Shown: in pieces, positions 12,374-24,606 of the stretch
How positions within the stretch are numbered: position 1 is the first letter of the stretch
How the letters are laid out: every line of letters begins with the position of its first letter
Assembly (NCBI GenBank): GCA_032718475.1
Contig: JAUCBJ010002298.1
Span: 1 to 43,558, forward strand
DNA length: 43,558 nt
Origin: Nemertoderma westbladi
Lineage: Eukaryota > Animalia > Xenacoelomorpha
Direction: 5' to 3'
Position numbers and translations under genes: made by a program
Notes under the pieces: model-generated
What the model was told of the DNA's origin: nothing
The model's database searches: none
Seen by the model: only the letters and a program-made list of their open reading frames with translations

Positions 12374-13192
12374 CTAATTAATTAGTTGTGAAGTAAAGGC
12401 CCCCTGGCGGGCTAACTGGTCGGCGCACTCGTTCCCATGGTTACCGCTATGGGCATCCACGTGTTCCCAGGTAACCGCCACTCTCCGACACAACTCGTAC
12501 AATTCGGCTACCAGCTCGACGTTCTTTACCGCGTCGCCGGCCGCCGTGCGCCAATTATTCCCGCGCCACTTATCCACCCACTTGGTGGCGCACCCGATAG
12601 TATAAACCGAATCGGTGAAAACACGGAGGCTCGGGAGGCCACGGTCACGGGCGCAACGGATTGCGCGAATAGCCGCGGACAGCTCGGCGCGCTGGTTGGT
12701 CGGACGTCCGGACAGCGGCTCGGACACGTTGTACTCGCTGTCCGGACCCCAGTACACCCCGATACCCGCCGCTGCACCGGCGCGCCCGTTCCTGAAACAC
12801 GATCCATCGCAGTAGACGCCAACCTCGACGGGACCGAGGGAGTCAGCGAGACTGCGGGACACGTCCTCCTTAGTTGGCGTACAGACATCGCCTGGTGAGT
12901 CGTCCAGACTGGTGTCCACTTTCACATTGACGTCATCTGTGACGTAATGACGGGGCGGTGTTACACATTGTTGCGGAGGTACCCGTAGTGTATTGGTTCG
13001 ACTCACCCCTCCAGAGTTCGCATCCCCGCTTTGAACGAATCTCCATGCCTCCTCACAACTATAGAATTTTTTGTAGCGTGCCCCGGGATATCCGTTAACC
13101 ATCCGTTTACAATCGGTCCACGAGGTAAACACACCCGATTGGCGGCCCCTTGCTACCGCATAGTAACCCTCTCCCTTCTTACACTTTGGCAT
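12374..13192 (-). CDS. RNASEH1: Ribonuclease H1 (eukaryotic type: hybrid-binding domain, linker, RNase HI domain), 272 aa, uninterrupted
   Basis: N-terminal YYAVARGRQSGVFTSWTDCKRMVNGYPGARYKKF (HBD / Cauli_VI-like). Catalytic motifs VYCDGS, TNQRAEL, FTDS, AHSG-GNECADQLA with the D-E-D-D set intact. An upstream exon is possible. Confidence 0.95.
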   Translation of the reverse strand: MPKCKKGEGYYAVARGRQSGVFTSWTDCKRMVNGYPGARYKKFYSCEEAWRFVQSGDANSGGVSRTNTLRVPPQQCVTPPRHYVTDDVNVKVDTSLDDSPGDVCTPTKEDVSRSLADSLGPVEVGVYCDGSCFRNGRAGAAAGIGVYWGPDSEYNVSEPLSGRPTNQRAELSAAIRAIRCARDRGLPSLRVFTDSVYTIGCATKWVDKWRGNNWRTAAGDAVKNVELVAELYELCRRVAVTWEHVDAHSGNHGNECADQLARQGAFTSQLIN

Positions 13193-13399
13193 TTCTGTTG
13201 GACTGTTAGAAGGATTATTAGGTAAAGTACCTAATAATAGTAAAAAGACGATTTAAAATAATAAACTTAATTTCTGAATTTCTTATACTACAGGAAAAAT
13301 TATAGCTATTTAACTCCGTAATAAAGTAAAAATAATTAAATACAATTTAAACATCCCCACATGACCGACGGACCCAATATTACTGCAACGGCACTGCAG

Positions 13400-15900
13400 C
13401 ACACATAATTCTTATATTACATATTCCTTCCAGCTAAATTGAGGACCTGCGGAAAGCGAATATAAACCGCAAATAAACGGGTAAGGGCAGAGGGTGGAGT
13501 AACTGTCTTCATATATCTAACAACATATCCAGCTTCTGCTCACAGATAGAAACAAGGTCTGATAGAATACTTGGTCTAACCTTAAAGAATAATATATATC
13601 AAAAAGATATTACTATCCTATTACATGCCTGCAAATGGCGGAAATGTGGAGGACAGAGAAAAATATATTGCCACTGTAAACACCTTGACATTACTCATTA
13701 AAGAACACAACAGTTCATCAGACATCCTACTAATTGGTGATATAAACTGCAATCCAGCCCTGGATAAACAAAAACAACATTCACAAAGGAAAGTTGCAAC
13801 CTTTAGTGATATATTCGAACACGAAATACAGATTGTATGTAACCTCGATCTTATTGACACTAACCAAAATGAGAAAGAAAACCTAGTCACATATATACCA
13901 ATTATTTAACAAAAGAGGAAATATAATGTGAAGTTCAATAATTATCACATCATATCTTCTGCAGGTCTAACCTGCCTTGCAGACGCCTATAGCATTGTAG
14001 ATAGAGATAATCAAAACAAATCACATCACCTCCCTGTTGTTTGTTCATTTTCAGTGCCCCGAAAAGATAAGGCAGATGATTACAGCAACGAAAACAACTG
14101 GAAAAAGAGAAAACAACTCAAGTTCCTATTTAATAGAGCAACCGAGCAACAGATAAACAACTACAAAAACGAAGTATCAGCAAAGGTTTGGGTGCTGGAG
14201 GGAAATTTTACTGAGGATAACATTGATACAGAAAGTAATTTGGAATGGTCGACTGCTCACCTTATCTCAACAATCAACAAAACAGCTAGTAGACACATCC
14301 CCTCGATTCGACCCTAATGCCATACAATGAAACAGTTCAGAAGAAGAACCAATACACAAGATCCTGCAGATATATATTGTAAGCTACACAACACCAAATG
14401 GGACGGCAGTTCAGAAAATGGAATACTATCATGCAAGATCACAACTGGAACACAGTGAATATGTACACCATATTACGCAACTATTAACGTCTAGTAGATC
14501 TGACAAGAAAATTCTGGAGAAGCATTAAGAAGGATAAAAATAATAGTGCCCCTGCCCCTGTACCCAATGCAGATGATTTACTGCAACGCTACAAGTCATT
14601 CTTCAAAGAAGAATCCGTAGAAGAAGGATTCTTCAAAGAAGGATTCTTAGAAGAACAAAACACATGATCTACAACAAATAACTAAAAAAAACTTACCACT
14701 TCATAAAACACCTAGCCATATTCAAGAAGCAATTAAAAACCTTCACAGAAATAAGGCTGCTACACCATAATGTACACAATCTTACATCTGAACATCCACA
14801 ATATGGCAACTCAGAAGAATTATCCCACTTTCTAGCAATTCTTTACAACTCTATAATTAAATCGCACCACATGCCAACAAGTTTATGTTCAACACTCATC
14901 CTTCCACATTTAAAACCAGGAAAGAGAGACATACACAGCAATGAAAACTACCAAGCCATCTCAGTAATGCCAATTACTTTCTTTTCACAAAGAAATGGGA
15001 ACTCCTTATAGTGGACAAAGCACAGAACTTCCATACATCATGGCAAAAGGATTAATAAGACACTTCAACTCTCAGGGCTCGAATGTATACATAATATCCC
15101 TAGACCTGTCGGCAGCCTTTGATACCGTATCTTACACAAAGCTCTTTTGAGAAATTGGAAGAAACCGAGATTGATAAATCAATTCCTCTAACATTAGCTT
15201 CCTACTACTCAGTCAATGGCATTAATCGCCCTGAATAACAGAAAATCGAGACAACATATTTCATTGAAACAGGAAGTGCACCAGGGTGGAATTATTTCTG
15301 CCTTCCTCTTCAATGTATACATGAGAGACCTATTTGAGAAAGTAGAAGAATCAGGTAAAGGGTGGCATATACATCGTATCCTCCGTATTGTATCATACAT
15401 CATATCCATTGCTGTCTTACGCAGACGACATAATTATTATGGACAACCTGAAATATGACGTACAGTCTCTGATGACAACCTGCGAGATATACTTCAAAAA
15501 CCAACTTTAAAAAGACATGGTTTGTCATAAGTTACACTAAATACGAGACCCTGTGTGGAATATTTCCTCAGAAAGAAGAATGCATTGTTTTATAGAATGG
15601 GACTGCCATCATTACGACCTACTTTATCACATTTTTGGGTCTCCCACTACCAGCAGAAAATTTGAAATTGGGGGATCGATCATTATACTAAACGCATATG
15701 GGCAAATGTACATGAACTAACAAATCTGGATTTGGAATCAATAATGTTCCAATTGACGTGACAAGGTTAATATGGAACACAATGTATCTGCCATCGGCCC
15801 TATATATACCGTATACCGAGTTACCTTGTAGATGATATAAAAACAACCTGGTACAAGGCTCTTTAGAAGCATACTCGCTGTCAAGAATTGTGTCAAACAA
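13400..15900 (+). mobile_element. Heavily decayed APE/RT LINE, similar type to 5534-9999
   Basis: Fragments GRAEGGVTVF (~13485), YMPANG, IGDINCN, KSHHLPV, LDLSAAFDTV (~15100), HQGGIISAFLFNVYM, and TACGCAGACGACATA = YADDI at 15418. Many stops and frameshifts. Boundaries approximate. Confidence 0.88.
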
Positions 15901-15904
15901 TTTA

Positions 15905-16230
15905 TATTAATAATAATATAATTAATTAATAATAATAATTAATAATTAATTAATAATAATAATTAATAATTAATTAATAATAATAATTAATTAATAATAA
16001 TAATTAATTAATAATAATAATTAATTAATAATAATAATTAATTAATAATAATAATTAATAATTAATTAATAATAATAATTAATTAATAATAATAATTAAT
16101 AATTAATTAATAATAATAATTAATAATTAATTAATAATAATAATTAATAACTAATTAATAATAATAATTAATAATTAATTAATAATAATAATTAATAATT
16201 AATTAATAATAATAATTAATTAATAATAAT
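15905..16230. repeat. Pure A/T microsatellite of mixed TAA / TTAA units
   Basis: About 325 bp of AATAATAATT / AATT variants with a single C. Confidence 0.97.
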
Positions 16231-16310
16231 TTATATTAAACAAACAACAATTTATGGTCTTTTAATATTCCTGATTTTGAATTCATACTAAAATCACCCA
16301 GCTTTCGTTC

Positions 16311-16813
16311 TATATAGATAGATAGATAAAATATTTTATTCAACAAAACTCCGATGTTTAAAAGTAAAAACAAATGGAGGCAGCTCGCCTGGACGGCCCA
16401 GACATAGCTGATGATTGGCGTTGAATAGGCGTCCGTCAGTGGGAAAAAGAAGACTTATATACACTACTGTAGTAAAAACTAAACACATAACAAGTAGCAC
16501 CACACCAAAATAACAACAAAAACAAAAGGTAACAGTGTGCGCCCGGCCCAGTGGCAGTATGGGATTGTTAGATCAAGTTCTCTTAGATTGGTAGTTATGT
16601 ATATTTTAATAATATTATAATATAGGGTTACTGTGGTTATTTTAATTTATTGTTTTTAACTACGTGATAGCGTCCCTCTCGTATTTTACAAGATAGTGAA
16701 GTTTTATTGCATGCAGGTATTCTTTATATTGCCTAATGTGAGTTATTTTTTTCTTATCTGAGGAACTCCATAGAAGTTGGAAACTTAACATTGCACGGCG
16801 AACAATAACAAGC
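16311..16813 (-). mobile_element. 3' end of an old L2/CR1-like LINE
   Basis: On the - strand, AATAAA (16340-16335) is followed by an (ATCT)n tail. Appears to continue the coding remnant at 19219-19560. Confidence 0.5.
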
Positions 16814-19218
16814 GAACTGGAAAGCTATGGACTCATAGTGGACTCAGTGGTCACAAGTCCCAGATAGACCATATCCTGTTTCGTAGGAAATACAGGAGCT
16901 CTATACAAGACTGTAATGCATTTACACTACGACCCTTCTCCAGTGATCACCGCCTTATTGTGGCCAAGGTAAGACTTAGTCTGCGTGCTAGCAGAACAAC
17001 GAAATCTGCCTTGCCGCGGCATGACTGGTCCTCTCTGTTGCAACAGCCAAGTGTGAGATCCAGCTTCACACTACAGCTGAGCAACATGTATGAGGCTCTT
17101 GCCTCTGAGGCGGCAGATCACTGTGAGGGCTATACTGCCTTCACAGAGGCAGTTAAGTTAGCAGCTGCAAAAACAGTTCCTGTATACCCTCGAAACAGGA
17201 AACGGGCCCCCTGGACTGACAGCAACATTCAGAAGTGCCGAAATAACCTCTACAAGGCGCAGAAAGAGTCCCGACTCAAACAGACTACAGCGGCCAAGAA
17301 TGCAGTTAAGGCTGCATCTATGTCCCTGAACAGGCAGTACTCTGTTAATTTACAGGAGCTAATAAGCCTACAGGTTGATGCCATCAATGATGCTGACGAC
17401 AGCAGGCAATCATCCCAGGCATGGAGATCGATCAACTTGCTTGCTGGTCGAAAAAGCCAACCAACCACCAAGGTTAAGGCTGAATCACCAGCCGATCGCC
17501 TCAATGGTCGGAAGGACCACTTTGAAAAGCTCCTCAATAATGACAGGGTATTGCCTGATAACTTTATAGAAGTAAAAGTGTCTGAGTCTGTACTCCCAGA
17601 TATTCCCATTGGTGATATCTCCTTTGCAGAAGTGAAGGCTGCTGCAAAGAGCATTAAGACCAATCGTGCCAGTGGAGTAGATGGTGTTCCCCCTGAGGTC
17701 TTTAAAATACCTGAGTGTTTAAAGCTCATCTATCCCATCATAGTAGACATGTACCGTACAACAAGAGTCCCACAAGAAATGAAAACAAATAAGTTGGTGC
17801 CAGTTCCCAAGAAGGGCAACCTAACACTATATGGTTCTTTTCGGGGAATCGCATTGATCTCGATTGCTGCAAAGCTATACAATAGAATTCTATTAAATCG
17901 CATCAGGGATCCCATTGAGAGACTGCTCCTGGAAATCAGAATGGGTTCCGTAAAGGTCGTGGGACCATGGAGCCCATTTTGGCACTTAGAAGGATAATTG
18001 AAGAGTTATCAAAAAAGAAAGACAGGCATCTGGCTGTTATCTTTGTTGACTTCTTCAAGGCCCTTGATTCAGTCTCTCGCTCACGTATGTTCAGCATACT
18101 TTCATTATATGGGATTCCTGATGAAATTATTGCAGCAATCAGATCAGTATACGATGGTTCGACAACATTTGTGTCTACTGTTGACGGTGACACAAAACCA
18201 TTTGAAGTGTTATGGGGCGTCATCCAGGGAGACCCACTTGCACCATTCTTGTTCATAATTGTTGTTGACTATGTTCTACGCATGTCCTTAGATCATCATA
18301 ATGATGATGGGGTGATGATAACTCCACCTACTGGCTCCAGAAGTCGAGGAAATCCTGCCAAGTACCTAACTGATCTAGACTTTGCGGATGACTTAGGAGT
18401 ACTCTCAGAATCACTAGGGGAGCCCAACGGCTCCTCAGCTCATTAGAACATGCTGCTTCTAGTGTTGGTCTTTTTATTAACTCCAGAAAGACCAAAATTT
18501 TGACAGTTAACTTTGAAAGTCCTCAGCAAGTCGCTGATCGGATGAGCATAAGCTCAAAAGATGGTATGCTTGAGCATGTGGATGACTTCTGTTACCTGGG
18601 ATCATGGATCCGGAAGTCAGGTGAGGACCTTCGAATACGTAAGGGAAAGGCATGGGCACCCTTGAATAGGCTTTCCAGGATTTGGAAGTCACCGAGAATT
18701 AATCGGAAACTTAAGGTCCGGTTATTTAGAGCAGCAGTAGTTCCAGTACTCCTCTATGGGAGTCCATGCTGGGCTCTAACTGCTGAGGACACCAAATCTC
18801 TGGATGGCACATTCACAAGAATGCTACGCCGGGTTCATTGTGTCAAGTTCAATGCACACATCTCCAACCAGACACTATATAACATTGGAGGTGTCTCATT
18901 GGTTCCCCCAAGCTTGACACTAGAACAAAATCGCCTCCGCTTTGCAGGACATTGCTTTCGCCGTGAGGACCAGCCAGTGCATAATCTTGTACTTTGGCAG
19001 CCTCATGGAGTGAATAAGCATGGTGGACCTGGACAGCCCATGACTTTCTTGAGACGCATCTTAAAGGACACTGGCCTTGAGGATGCGGATGATCTAGGAA
19101 ATGTCATGGGTGATAGGGAGTTGTGGCGGTGCAATTTTGTCGATAAGCCGGCACAGTATCTTAAACTTAAAAATGCAGCTGCAATGCAGCATGCCGATCC
19201 TAGTAGTAGTAGTAGTAG
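16814..19218 (+). mobile_element. 5'-truncated RTE-clade non-LTR retrotransposon
   Basis: APE C-terminus KLWTH..SQIDHIL..SSDHRLI (16820-16960). RT motifs FRGIALISIAAKLYNRILLNRI, FVDFFKALDSV, GVIQGDPLAPFLF, LDFADDL, YLGS, LLYGS. Two frameshifts (~17930, ~18420). (TAG)6 tail at 19201-19218. Weak TSD taacaagc / taacatagc. Confidence 0.93.
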
Positions 19219-19560
19219 TAACATAGCACTATTAAATAAAATGGTGTTGTTAGTTTTTGGAATTTTTATTTTATTTGTTCTTGGGATAAGTAATTGTTGG
19301 TTTTTATTGATAAACGGCAGTTCCAGATCTCTGAAAGGTTTAATAATGTTGAATATATATTGAAAGAAGAATTTTAATGTAAAATATTCCCTAAGGGCTG
19401 TTAATGTTGGTAGTTTTGATAATGTGCGTAGTTCAGTGCCAGTTTATGTCAGCTACTTTTTTACTATGTACAATACGCAGACCATAGTTTTGTTTTTTCT
19501 CCAAATTATAGAGTAAAGTTTTGAAGCCGTATACATTATGCAATGAAACTAATACTTCAC
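19219..19560 (-). pseudogene. L2/CR1-like ORF2 C-terminal remnant
   Basis: Manual translation of the - strand gives NYCCEV..LYNLEKKQNYGLRIV..TELRTLSKLPTLTALREYFTLKFF, the usual post-RT pattern. Confidence 0.55.
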
Positions 19561-20247
19561 AGCAGTAATTATGGTATGGAAGTACTGTATGTAGCTTTAT
19601 ATATATTTAATTTAGTACGTACAGATAGCTGTCCTTTTATTTGTCGTAATCCAGAGACGGCCTGCGTCATTTTGTTAGAAGTGATCTTGATTTGTTCCCG
19701 CCACTCAAGTTTGTTGTCTATAGCTAGCTAGACCTAGATAGTTAATATTGTTTGATTGTTGTATTATCACTTGTTTTTCATTCTTATTTTCCAATAAATT
19801 TAGTTCTATATTATCAAGTTCATCTGTCCTGGAGTTAGGTGATATTAACATCATTTCTGTTTTATCATTATTTAAATGCAGGTGTACAGAGTGAAATATG
19901 TCCTTTAATTATTCTATGTGTTTACCTAATGTTTTGGCAGCAGTGTTGGGATTTTTATCATGACAGTACACTAAGGTATCGTCTGCGAACTGAATTAGTC
20001 CCGAATATACAACTCCTTGAAACTCAAACACCAGTAGATACTCATTCCAACTCGGGATCCCATCATTGAAATCGATTGCAATTCACCAATATAGAGTAAA
20101 ACAGCTCATGATCCATAAAAGAAAGCAAGAAAGAAAACAAGATTCAACCAATACGAAATTCAGTACTCAATTTGGGATTAACGTGTTTTGGGGCATCCAC
20201 ATAATACAGTAATACTGTAGGCCTAATAAGTAAGCACACGTCATAAA

Positions 20248-20344
20248 CCAATTGAGGGAAAGGAGCAGGTTACAGAGGCAGGCTTTTCTAACCAAAACAA
20301 TAAACGGCCACTTTACCAATTGAGGGAAAGGAGCAGGTTACAGA
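20248..20344 (-). repeat. 1.4 units of the 68-bp satellite, reverse orientation
   Basis: CCAATTGAGGGAAAGGAGCAGGTTACAG at 20248 and 20316 (68-bp period). Confidence 0.9.
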
Positions 20345-21380
20345 ACACTGCACCAGTACTACTGTACAACTACCTACAGTACCGGTACAGTACAGGTGGA
20401 GGCCCTGAAACACGTTAGTCCTCTCAATTTGACACTTAATATATCTATACAGTTCTAAATAAACTCCATCATAGCTACAATGTAAAACACGTGAATATCG
20501 ACTATTATAAATCCAGGTAGCAAGTATAATAATCAAAGCAGAACATTAGAATTACATTGCAGCATTGTACGGTATTCTGTACCGGTATATATAAATCGAT
20601 ATATATGTGTTGGTTCGTTTTTACTATTCTGATTTTAATTGAGGAATGAAAGTAAGAGTTAATAATAATAAATTAATTATTTCATCTGTTCATATATTTA
20701 AATAATTTTATTAATAGTAGGTAACCCTATCTGCCTATTGCAGTATTGTACTATTGGAATTTATTGTATCATGGATTTGTTTAATATGGCAGTATGGGTA
20801 ACAGAACAGTTACCGCTACCGGTAACCAGGTTACGGTACCGGTACTCTACCGATAATGACAATCAACAATCAGAAAAACATAGTACAGCTGTATTACTGT
20901 ACACGCGTACAGCCGTACCGCGTACCGCTCCGGTACAACAATCAAACAATGTAGGCCTAATGAGAATTATAAATATCTGACATAATCTTAACATTTAAAA
21001 CATGTGTAATACAGAGCAGAAACGGGACACCCCACCCGGACCGCCACCATTCGCCATTATTCTGGGCATCATACAGTAGCCTACTATAGGCCTACACAAT
21101 ACACGGTAGGCAGTAGGACTATGATTTTGAATAATCTGTAATCTAAAACACAAGAAATCCAACACTATCATATTCATATTTCCCGCCAAACACCATGAAA
21201 ACAATGAATATTAAACAACAGTATCGGAATATAGTTTCTTAATTCAGGTACATGCACCCCCCCCCCCCCCCCCCCCCCCCCCTCCAAAAAAAAAAAGAAA
21301 AATTTTAATTTAATTTAATTTTAAGACAAAGCAGGACGAGCGCAACGGGGCTTATAATGTTGATGAGAACTGCGTTGACT

Positions 21381-21468
21381 GGTGTCCGGACACTACCCCC
21401 CCCCCCCCACCCCCCGGACACTTGCCCCCCTGACACTTCCCACCCGGACACTTCCCCCTTCCCCCGAC
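21381..21468. repeat. Orphan TIR-like end with GGACACT-Cn sub-repeats (MULE/foldback-like)
   Basis: GGTGTCCGGACAC palindromic start, then four (G)GACACT..CCCC units. No partner end seen in the window. Confidence 0.45.
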
Positions 21469-22399
21469 TATTCTTAATTTCGCATATAATTCGTATTAAT
21501 TATAGGTATTATTATCTAATTGTTTTCTTCAAATTGTAGCAGATGGGGATGAATATTATTGATGCTATCAAAATTATACAGTACCTCTCCAGCAGGGGAA
21601 ATCGACATGCGTCGACCTGTATTCTGTGTTCAGCATTACATATTGATAAATTAATTAAATTTTCTGGTTACTTGCAATATATTTTTAATAGGATTTTGTT
21701 GAATTATATAATATTGTAGTAATTTATATATTAAATTGGTTAACATTCAATACAGCTCCTACTTTAGTCTTAGTCAATTTAATATCTGATGATACAAACA
21801 TGAATTAATTATTTCAAAATGGTCTTAAAAGTAGCGGGGGTTTGGGGGCGGCAGCCACCAATAAAAAGAAAAACAAACAAAATTTGACTATAAAAATGTT
21901 TCTTTTATAATTTTGAAAAAACTGAACTAAATACAACTTGTCTGGATACAACTGTAACCCTGTAACCTGTAACCATCCTTAACTTTTGTGTGTTATTTTG
22001 TGTTTTGCATACTGCCTTGCATTCCACAATTCTATTGTATGCCGCTAGATTGCGCTACATATTTATAGCATGGTTTAAGAAATGACTTTTTAAATTAATA
22101 AACGACACAGTTTCGGGCGTTAGGTTCTTCCGTAGTTCGCACATTTCTAAATTAATATAATTCATTGTTAAATCTACCGTTATAAGTACATACATATTAG
22201 TCGGCCTGAGATAAAAAATCTTTAAAAACTGACATATAAAAACAATAAAAAAGTTTAAACCATTTACAAACATTATTATATATGGGCATGGTTGGATAAT
22301 TCTACTAAAAATAATTGACCTTACTACTGAAGGCGTAGGCGCTTCCAAAAAGAAATTAATATAGCCCAGTAGACGCTCTGACTAAATAATGCTCGATAA

Positions 22400-22870
22400 A
22401 TAAAAATCACTAAAAAATTAAAATTGTTAAAAACATAAATGTGATACTGGCATAAACGGAACATATTCCAAACAGAAATAATGTTTTTAGCCTCTTTTTA
22501 AATACATCGATTGACATAGTCGATCGAATTTCTAAAGGACGTTCCATATTGTGGGTGCAGCGTATGAAAAATCCAACGCTTGCCGTAGTTGTCAAGTTTA
22601 TACTTCGGTACTACTAAAAAACCCATATTACACGATCTTAGGTCGCGTAAAGGAACGTATTCATAATTCAGTAATTAATTCGCTGAGATACGAAAGGGCC
22701 AGTCCACTGAGGCATTTAAATGCATAACGCAATTTGATAATCAATTCTGCGAGTAATAGGAAAGCCAATGAAGCAAATGCTTTTAATACTGGCGTACAGT
22801 AATATGTTCCCGTTCTCGTTTACGGATTCCGAAGGTGGAAAACTGAAGAACAGATCGTTAGTGATATTTG
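22400..22870 (-). mobile_element. L2-clade LINE 3' fragment
   Basis: On the - strand, with frameshifts: HW-PITRRIDYQI, YAFKCLSGLALSYLSELI, PLEIRSTMSIDVFKKRLKTLFLF, the typical L2 ORF2 C-terminus. Confidence 0.8.
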
Positions 22871-22995
22871 TTTCTCTAAGGTCAGGTGAGAATCAACAGT
22901 TAGTGGAACGTTTCGTGCGATTGGCTACATGAAACGGTATCTTTACCAACTTTGGTTCTTCTAACTGTGGTCCAAGCCGGGACAGCAATAATAGA

Positions 22996-23399
22996 TCTGT
23001 GGGGCGAGCCACGAAGTGAGTGAGCCTTAGCGTAGGGGTACCATTAATCAACCTGTCGTTCTGTCGTTCTGTGGGGCGAGCCACGAAGTGAGTGAGCCTT
23101 AGCGTAGTGGTACCATTAATCAACCTGTCGTTCTGTCGCGTTTTTTTTCAGTATTTTATTTTAAACGTTAATAACTCGGCCAATCCTTGATGAAATCTAT
23201 CCAAACTTGGTACACATGTTGTTTGGCAAAAGTTTGAAAATTTTCCAAGTAGAATTTGCGTGGGGCCTTCGTGCAGCATCAGTGTAACTGTTATTGTAGT
23301 TATAATATATTTATTTATCCAAAATTAACATGCGTTAAATTATTATTACTGTAGGATAAATCAGCTGGTTTTCTAATCTAAGAATTTAGCTTTCTAAAA
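22996..23399 (+). mobile_element. Left part of composite unit 1 (Helitron/HINE-like start; 72-bp direct repeat x2 at 22996-23137)
   Basis: 23126-23373 matches 39224-39478. Contains CTGTCGTT microrepeats followed by ATAACTCGG..CCAAACTTGGTACAC, a motif common in invertebrate non-autonomous rolling-circle elements. Confidence 0.55.
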
Positions 23400-24596
23400 T
23401 GTTTGCGCTTTTGAAGACCTTTGACAGTTTAACCTGCCAAAATTAGAATGTCTTTTAGATGATATATATTCTTTAGCTTTATGACGAGTATTTGATACAC
23501 TACATTAGCCGAAGCCAGTCTATGCGCAATCATTCACCCGTTGGATATACCCGGGAGACTGAGTTCGGAGCTTAATGATTGATGGTGTAAGCCTACTGTA
23601 TTATTCGACTGATCGTAATATATAATCTCTGACAAATATTATTCACTTTCGGGAAATATTAACAGTTCCTTTAGGACGTGGCGCTCTAAATATGTAAACA
23701 GAGTTATGACTTAAACTAGTCACAACGAAAAGGCTATAGATTAACGTATATGGCGCATTCTTTAGGAGATGCTTTGTTATCAGTTACAATCATACACAAT
23801 GCTGCACAATACTGCACACTAATCTGCCGACCTTCACTAAATTTAGTCACGTATAAAGAGAGCAACATACAATTTATGTTGGGCATATGAAATAGCATTA
23901 GATTCACTTCAAACCACTCAACATAGGTCGCAATCGTTTATCTGTAACCGGTCTCTCTAACCTTTAGTATATCAAGAAGGTGGGGTGTCTGACTATTGAT
24001 CAGTATTCCGATATAATAATTCATCAACAAATATAATGAACAACAGACAGCAAAAGCAGTAATATTAATGTATGAATTGCATATAATTAGTTTGGTTAGA
24101 TTGTATGTAGTAAATAGGTTGATTTGTATGATTAGTTAAGATAACAGATATACGTTCTATAATTAAGCCTACTAATGTAAAGCTAAAGAATGCTGATACA
24201 CGGAGGTGCTAAAAGCCAATGTTCTTAGGCTCTGAGCAAAAACATAACACTGAATTACTGAGTTCTGTATACACCTCCAACACAGAGACAAAAAACGCTC
24301 TGATTGGTCAACCGAACAACGGGAGAACAAAGAAACAAAGAAACGTCGACGTGGCAATATCAGCTGTTAGCCGTCGTCATGGTAGCGACACTGTTTTCAA
24401 GAGTATCCAGCTTATCGCGTCACGAGATTGCAGATTATGTCCTCTAAAGTACAAATACAGTACAAATACAGAAGAAATGACTTTTATGTCCTCTAAAACA
24501 CCAGTACAGCAAGGACACGGCCTTTTTATGCCTGGCAAACCAACTACAAAGTACTTTAAGGGAAAATAACCGGTTAATGACGCAAAAGCTTTTACA
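23400..24596 (-). repeat. 3' LTR (1197 bp)
   Basis: TGTTTGCGC...TTTTACA; direct repeat of 35200-36194. Confidence 0.96.
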
Positions 24597-24606
24597 CCGC
24601 TCCCAG
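24597..24606 (-). promoter_or_regulatory. Putative polypurine tract
   Basis: The - strand reads CTGGGAGCGG immediately before the TGT of the 3' LTR, like the short G-rich PPTs of BEL elements. Confidence 0.6.

Noticed and set aside
12374-15900. RNase H1 as a domain of the adjacent LINE
   Set aside because: Opposite strand, intact versus heavily decayed, different base composition, and it has the cellular hybrid-binding domain.
19543-22348. Short ORFs of 60-100 aa as host exons
   Set aside because: AT-rich, low-complexity translations with no motifs and no consistent splice pattern.
24219-24569. 116-aa / 109-aa ORFs in the LTRs (also 35838-36167)
   Set aside because: Antisense to the element, N-termini differ because of the LTR deletion, and no motif is recognisable.
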